DNA from: an uncultured Gemmatimonadota bacterium
GTDB lineage: Bacteria > JAAXHH01 > JABIQT01
DNA: 64,000 nt
Direction: 5' to 3'
Assembly (NCBI GenBank): GCA_964470965.1
Contig: CAYYIS010000010.1
Location: forward strand, 25,581-89,580
The notes under the pieces were generated by a model. It had not been told where the DNA came from. It was given only the letters and a program-made list of their open reading frames with translations, and did not search any database. A program made the position numbers and the translations under genes. Positions 60,267 through 64,000 of the stretch are shown in pieces (the stretch's first letter is position 1; every line of letters starts with the position of its first letter).

Positions 60267-61022
60267 ATGTCCGTAGGGCTCTTCATCCCCTGTTACATCG
60301 ATCAGTTTTATCCCGATGTAGGCATCGCCACACTAGAGTTGCTGGAACGGTTCGGCATGACGGTGGATTATCCGCCGGCGCAGACGTGTTGCGGTCAGCC
60401 AATGGCCAACGCAGGGTGCGTGGATGACGTGGGGCCCCTCGCGGAACGGTTTTTGGAGCTTTTCGGCGGATATGAGTATGTGGTGGCGCCGTCCGGTAGC
60501 TGCGTGGCAATGGTGCGTCATCAATACGAGACGTTTCTGGGTGAATCGGCGGCATTCGAAGAATTAAAAGATAAAACGTTTGAATTGTGTGAATTCCTTG
60601 TGGATGTGCTCAAGGTGGAAGCGCTGGAGGCATCATTTCCGTACCGTGTGGGGTTGCATGAAAGCTGCCACGGCCTGCGGGAACTGAGGATGGGCCGTTC
60701 TTCCGAGACGGTCGGAGAGGCGTTCAGCAAATCACAGCAGTTGCTGAGTCTGGTGGACGGCATTGAACTGACTTCGTTACTGAGGCCGGACGAATGCTGT
60801 GGATTCGGCGGTACGTTTGCGGTGAACCAGGAGGCGGTGTCCTGCATGATGGGGCTGGACCGAGTGGCTGATCACGAGCAGGCGGGCACTCAGGTGCTTA
60901 CCGCTACGGACATGTCCTGCCTCATGCATCTGTCCGGTCTGATCCGACGGCAGAAAAAGCCCATCCGAGTCATGCACATTGCACAGATTCTAACCGGACG
61001 AAGACCGGAGGATATGGACTAG
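60267..61022 (+). CDS. lutA: Lactate utilization protein A (CCG-domain Fe-S oxidoreductase); start set at the internal Met
   Basis: MSVGLFIPCYIDQFYP N-terminus; two CCG motifs (CCGQP, CCGFGG). Confidence 0.8.
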   Translation: MSVGLFIPCYIDQFYPDVGIATLELLERFGMTVDYPPAQTCCGQPMANAGCVDDVGPLAERFLELFGGYEYVVAPSGSCVAMVRHQYETFLGESAAFEELKDKTFELCEFLVDVLKVEALEASFPYRVGLHESCHGLRELRMGRSSETVGEAFSKSQQLLSLVDGIELTSLLRPDECCGFGGTFAVNQEAVSCMMGLDRVADHEQAGTQVLTATDMSCLMHLSGLIRRQKKPIRVMHIAQILTGRRPEDMD

Positions 61023-62408
61023 ATGAGCAAGCCTGGCGGTGATCATGCTAAAAAAGCAACAGCCTTCATCGCACAACGTGAGAAAGCGCACTGGCACGAT
61101 AAGGCGCTTTGGTTCGTCCGGGAGAAACGCGATAAGCAGGTCCGTGATCTTCCGGAATGGGAACGGCTGCGTGAAACCGCCTCGGCGATCAAAGCCCACA
61201 CCATGGCGAAGCTGGACGAATACCTGGTCGCATTTGAACAGAAAGCGACCGCACTCGGGGCACAGGTTCACTGGGCAAGGGACGGCGCCGAGCACAATCT
61301 CATCGTACACGGGATTTTGAAGGAGCACGGCGTCCGGAGTGTGGTTAAGAGTAAGTCGATGCTGACGGAGGAGTGCCATCTGAACCCCTATCTGGAAAAA
61401 CAGGGAATCGAGGTGGTCGACACGGACTTGGGCGAACGCATCGTGCAGCTCCGTGGGGAACCGCCCAGCCACATCGTACTGCCCGCAATCCACATCAAAA
61501 AAGAAGAAGTAGGTGACCTGTTTCACGAGCATCTGGGTACCGACGAGGGCGCCACGGATCCGGAATATCTGACGGAGGCCGCTCGGCACCATCTACGGGA
61601 GAAATTTATGGAGGCGGATGCCGGGATCACCGGCGTCAACTTCGCCATCGCGGAGACCGGCGGAATCGTGGTATGTACCAACGAAGGCAATGCGGATCTT
61701 GGCGTGTCTCTCCCCGATGTGCACATAGCCAGTATGGGGCTGGAAAAAATAATACCCACTGCAGAGGATCTGGGCGTTTTTACTCGACTTCTTGCCCGTT
61801 CTGCGACCGGCCAGCCTATCACTTCCTATACGTCTCATTTCCACGGTCCGCCGAAAGGCGGGGCGCTGCACATCGTATTGGTAGACAACGGCCGCAGCAA
61901 CATGCGGCAGAGCAAGGCGTACGGTGATGCACTCCACTGCATACGGTGCGGTGCCTGCATGAACACTTGCCCGGTGTATAGGCGCAGCGGCGGGCACAGC
62001 TACGGTGCGGTCGTGCCGGGTCCGATCGGATCGGTGCTGAATCCGGTCAATGATGCCGCCGCATACAATAGTCTGCCCTTCGCATGCTCACTGTGCGGAT
62101 CCTGTTCCGATGTCTGTCCTGTCAGAATCCCCTTACATCATCAGCTGCTGACGCTACGGAATCATGTCAGGCTTGAGGGCCATCTCGCCTGGAAGAAGAG
62201 GGTTGCCATGGGCGTGGCCGGAAAGGTGCTACGGTCTCCCGTTCTGTTACGATCTTTCGGCGGCATGGCAAAACGGTTTATGAGATTCTTTCCCGGTCTG
62301 CTGAAAAACCGGTTCAATATTTGGGGCCGGCAGCGAGACCTGCCGCCGGCGCCAAAGGGTACGTTCACTTCCTGGTACAGGGCCAATCGTAAAAAGGATC
62401 AGTCATGA
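61023..62408 (+). CDS. lutB: Lactate utilization protein B (4Fe-4S ferredoxin-domain, LUD domain)
   Basis: CIRCGACMNTCPVY and CSLCGSCSDVCP ferredoxin motifs; 461 aa. Confidence 0.85.
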   Translation: MSKPGGDHAKKATAFIAQREKAHWHDKALWFVREKRDKQVRDLPEWERLRETASAIKAHTMAKLDEYLVAFEQKATALGAQVHWARDGAEHNLIVHGILKEHGVRSVVKSKSMLTEECHLNPYLEKQGIEVVDTDLGERIVQLRGEPPSHIVLPAIHIKKEEVGDLFHEHLGTDEGATDPEYLTEAARHHLREKFMEADAGITGVNFAIAETGGIVVCTNEGNADLGVSLPDVHIASMGLEKIIPTAEDLGVFTRLLARSATGQPITSYTSHFHGPPKGGALHIVLVDNGRSNMRQSKAYGDALHCIRCGACMNTCPVYRRSGGHSYGAVVPGPIGSVLNPVNDAAAYNSLPFACSLCGSCSDVCPVRIPLHHQLLTLRNHVRLEGHLAWKKRVAMGVAGKVLRSPVLLRSFGGMAKRFMRFFPGLLKNRFNIWGRQRDLPPAPKGTFTSWYRANRKKDQS

Positions 62409-62995
62409 GCAGCCGGGATGACATATTGGCGAACCTGAGCAGCAACGCACAAGACACGGTGCCCCACCCAGATTTGGACCAGTTTTGGAGTACCTGGTCG
62501 GATCCGATCGTACGATTTGAGGAGTCGGTTGCTACCGTGGGCGGACAGTCGGTGCGTCTGGAGAATCCGGAAGATCTTACCGAAGCGATTGTCGCACTGG
62601 AATTCTATAAAGAGGCCCGGCGGGTAGCGTCGGACAGCACCCACACGAGCCTGGAATGTGACCCGTTCGATGGGGTTTTGGACCCACATACGCTGGAGGA
62701 TCTTGACCTGTTCATCGCGGACGGAAGAATGGGGGTGGCAGAAAACGGGGCCGTCTGGCTTACTGACGAAACCCTCACCCACCGTGTGGCATTATTCATC
62801 CCGCAGCATCTGATCCTGACCGTGGAAAGTAACCAGATTGTAAACAATATGCACGAAGCCTATCGGCGGATACAGATAGGTACTCCGGAGTTCGGGGTTT
62901 TTGTATCGGGGCCGTCCAAAACAGCTGACATAGAACAATCCCTTGTAATCGGTGCCCACGGGCCCCGGTCTCTCACGGTGTTTATTCTGAACTAA
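62405..62995 (+). CDS. lutC: Lactate utilization protein C (LUD/DUF162 domain)
   Basis: 4-bp overlap with lutB; about 196 aa; LUD-type C-terminal region. Confidence 0.7.
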   Translation: MSSRDDILANLSSNAQDTVPHPDLDQFWSTWSDPIVRFEESVATVGGQSVRLENPEDLTEAIVALEFYKEARRVASDSTHTSLECDPFDGVLDPHTLEDLDLFIADGRMGVAENGAVWLTDETLTHRVALFIPQHLILTVESNQIVNNMHEAYRRIQIGTPEFGVFVSGPSKTADIEQSLVIGAHGPRSLTVFILN

Positions 62996-63014
62996 ACCAC
63001 AAGGAAGGTTTCCC

Positions 63015-63860
63015 ATGGGCGATCCATTGCTTCCCATCACTAACGCGGACGGACTCCCGGTCGTTCCCATGACCGCGCCCCAGGCGTATATCTTCGACCT
63101 AAAGGGGTGGATCTGTCTGCCCGGCCTGCTGTCCGAAAAACAACTTGAAGGGATCCGGGCGCATCAGATGAAGTATCTCTACGATAGAGAATCCCTGCCG
63201 CCTCACGAACGTGACAATCACGGCGGACCATCACAGATACTGCTCGACCATCCGGCTGTTGCGGGTGTGCTCAATGAGATCATTTCACACCAGGCAATGG
63301 CTACCGAGGAGTGCTACGGCTTTCGGTATGACCACACCTACACGAGCCATAGAAAGATGGATCACGACAACTTTAATCCTCATGGCGGTAATGGTTATTT
63401 TAACTTTTCGGGCAATTCGCATATTTACGAGATGCTACCGGGCAGAATCCATTCCGGCCTCACCAGGGTAGTCTGGGAATTGAACGAGGTGGGCCCCGGT
63501 GACGGCGGAACCATGTTCCTTTCCGGAAGTCACAAAGCGGCGTTCCCTCGTCCCCAAGAGGTGAGCGGACGTGGCAGCGATCTGTGGGATACCTATACCT
63601 GTCCCGCCGGTTCTGCGGTGATATTCACCGAAGCCCTCTGCCACACCGGCACGCGCTGGGCGAACCCGGACCGTGACCGGCTCTGCCTGTTTACCTGTTA
63701 CAACACCGTTAATGCCAAATGGGGAAAGGGGTGTCCGCCGCCGGAGGTAGTGGAGGGCATGGCGCCCAAGCGTCGTACCCTGTTCCGAGGTGTGTGGTGC
63801 GGTATGAACGAAGTGCCGCAGATCAATCGCTATTACGACGAAGCCAACCATGCCGTCTGA
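63015..63860 (+). CDS. Phytanoyl-CoA dioxygenase (PhyH)-family oxygenase, second paralog
   Basis: HxD ... H 2-His-1-carboxylate facial-triad context typical of the PhyH family; 281 aa. Confidence 0.6.
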   Translation: MGDPLLPITNADGLPVVPMTAPQAYIFDLKGWICLPGLLSEKQLEGIRAHQMKYLYDRESLPPHERDNHGGPSQILLDHPAVAGVLNEIISHQAMATEECYGFRYDHTYTSHRKMDHDNFNPHGGNGYFNFSGNSHIYEMLPGRIHSGLTRVVWELNEVGPGDGGTMFLSGSHKAAFPRPQEVSGRGSDLWDTYTCPAGSAVIFTEALCHTGTRWANPDRDRLCLFTCYNTVNAKWGKGCPPPEVVEGMAPKRRTLFRGVWCGMNEVPQINRYYDEANHAV

Positions 63861-64000
63861 CCGATCGGGCCGCCATGCCGTTTCTCGGTATGGGCCGGCT
63901 TCTTTGTTACCGACTGTCAGGCTCTACCGATTCCGCCACTTCCCGCACCACCCGTAGTAAATCCGACCCGTAACGCTCCGCCTTGGTGTCGCCGATACCG

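Noticed and set aside
1-64000. CRISPR arrays, IS elements, integrases, phage genes, restriction-modification or toxin-antitoxin pairs
   Set aside because: No direct-repeat arrays were seen and no transposase/recombinase/nuclease-like ORFs. The window looks like stable chromosomal backbone.

Overview
This is a bacterial chromosomal segment of about 57% GC with dense coding on both strands. I found no rRNA, tRNA, CRISPR array, IS element, integrase or phage gene.

A type IX secretion module is present: a PorU-like C25 peptidase, a PorV-like beta-barrel and an M6 metalloprotease cargo with a T9SS C-terminal domain. That points to an FCB-group-like organism (Bacteroidota relatives or a candidate phylum).

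Most of the window is core metabolism and housekeeping: tsaB-rimI-tsaD, metH, glyA, leuCD, der, lpxK, lutABC, msrB, ogt, an alanine:cation symporter (AGCS) and an enolase-superfamily dehydratase.

Three accessory-looking neighbourhoods stand out.

1. Positions 14.7-21.5 kb encode a wholly periplasmic or membrane electron-transfer cluster. Its parts are a secreted protein, a membrane-anchored RidA, a secreted truncated-haemoglobin-like protein, a monohaem cytochrome c, a NapC/NirT-like multihaem cytochrome and a tiny 2-TM protein. These are followed by a three-subunit GMC flavoprotein dehydrogenase consisting of a TAT subunit, an FAD subunit and a pentahaem cytochrome c. I consider this the best candidate for an undescribed system.

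2. Positions 7.9-14.3 kb encode a TAT-exported xanthine-dehydrogenase-family molybdoenzyme in small-large-medium order. It is followed by a small Cys-rich ORF, VanZ, a cytochrome c lipoprotein and the copper chaperones PCu(A)C and SCO1.

3. A 1087-aa outer-membrane protein fuses an HExxH peptidase-like domain, a TolB/PD40 propeller and an Omp85-type barrel.

Several long non-coding gaps (about 0.6-0.75 kb each), conserved palindromes and orphan hairpins may hide small RNAs or operators. All calls are from reading the ORF translations and DNA by eye; no database search was possible.
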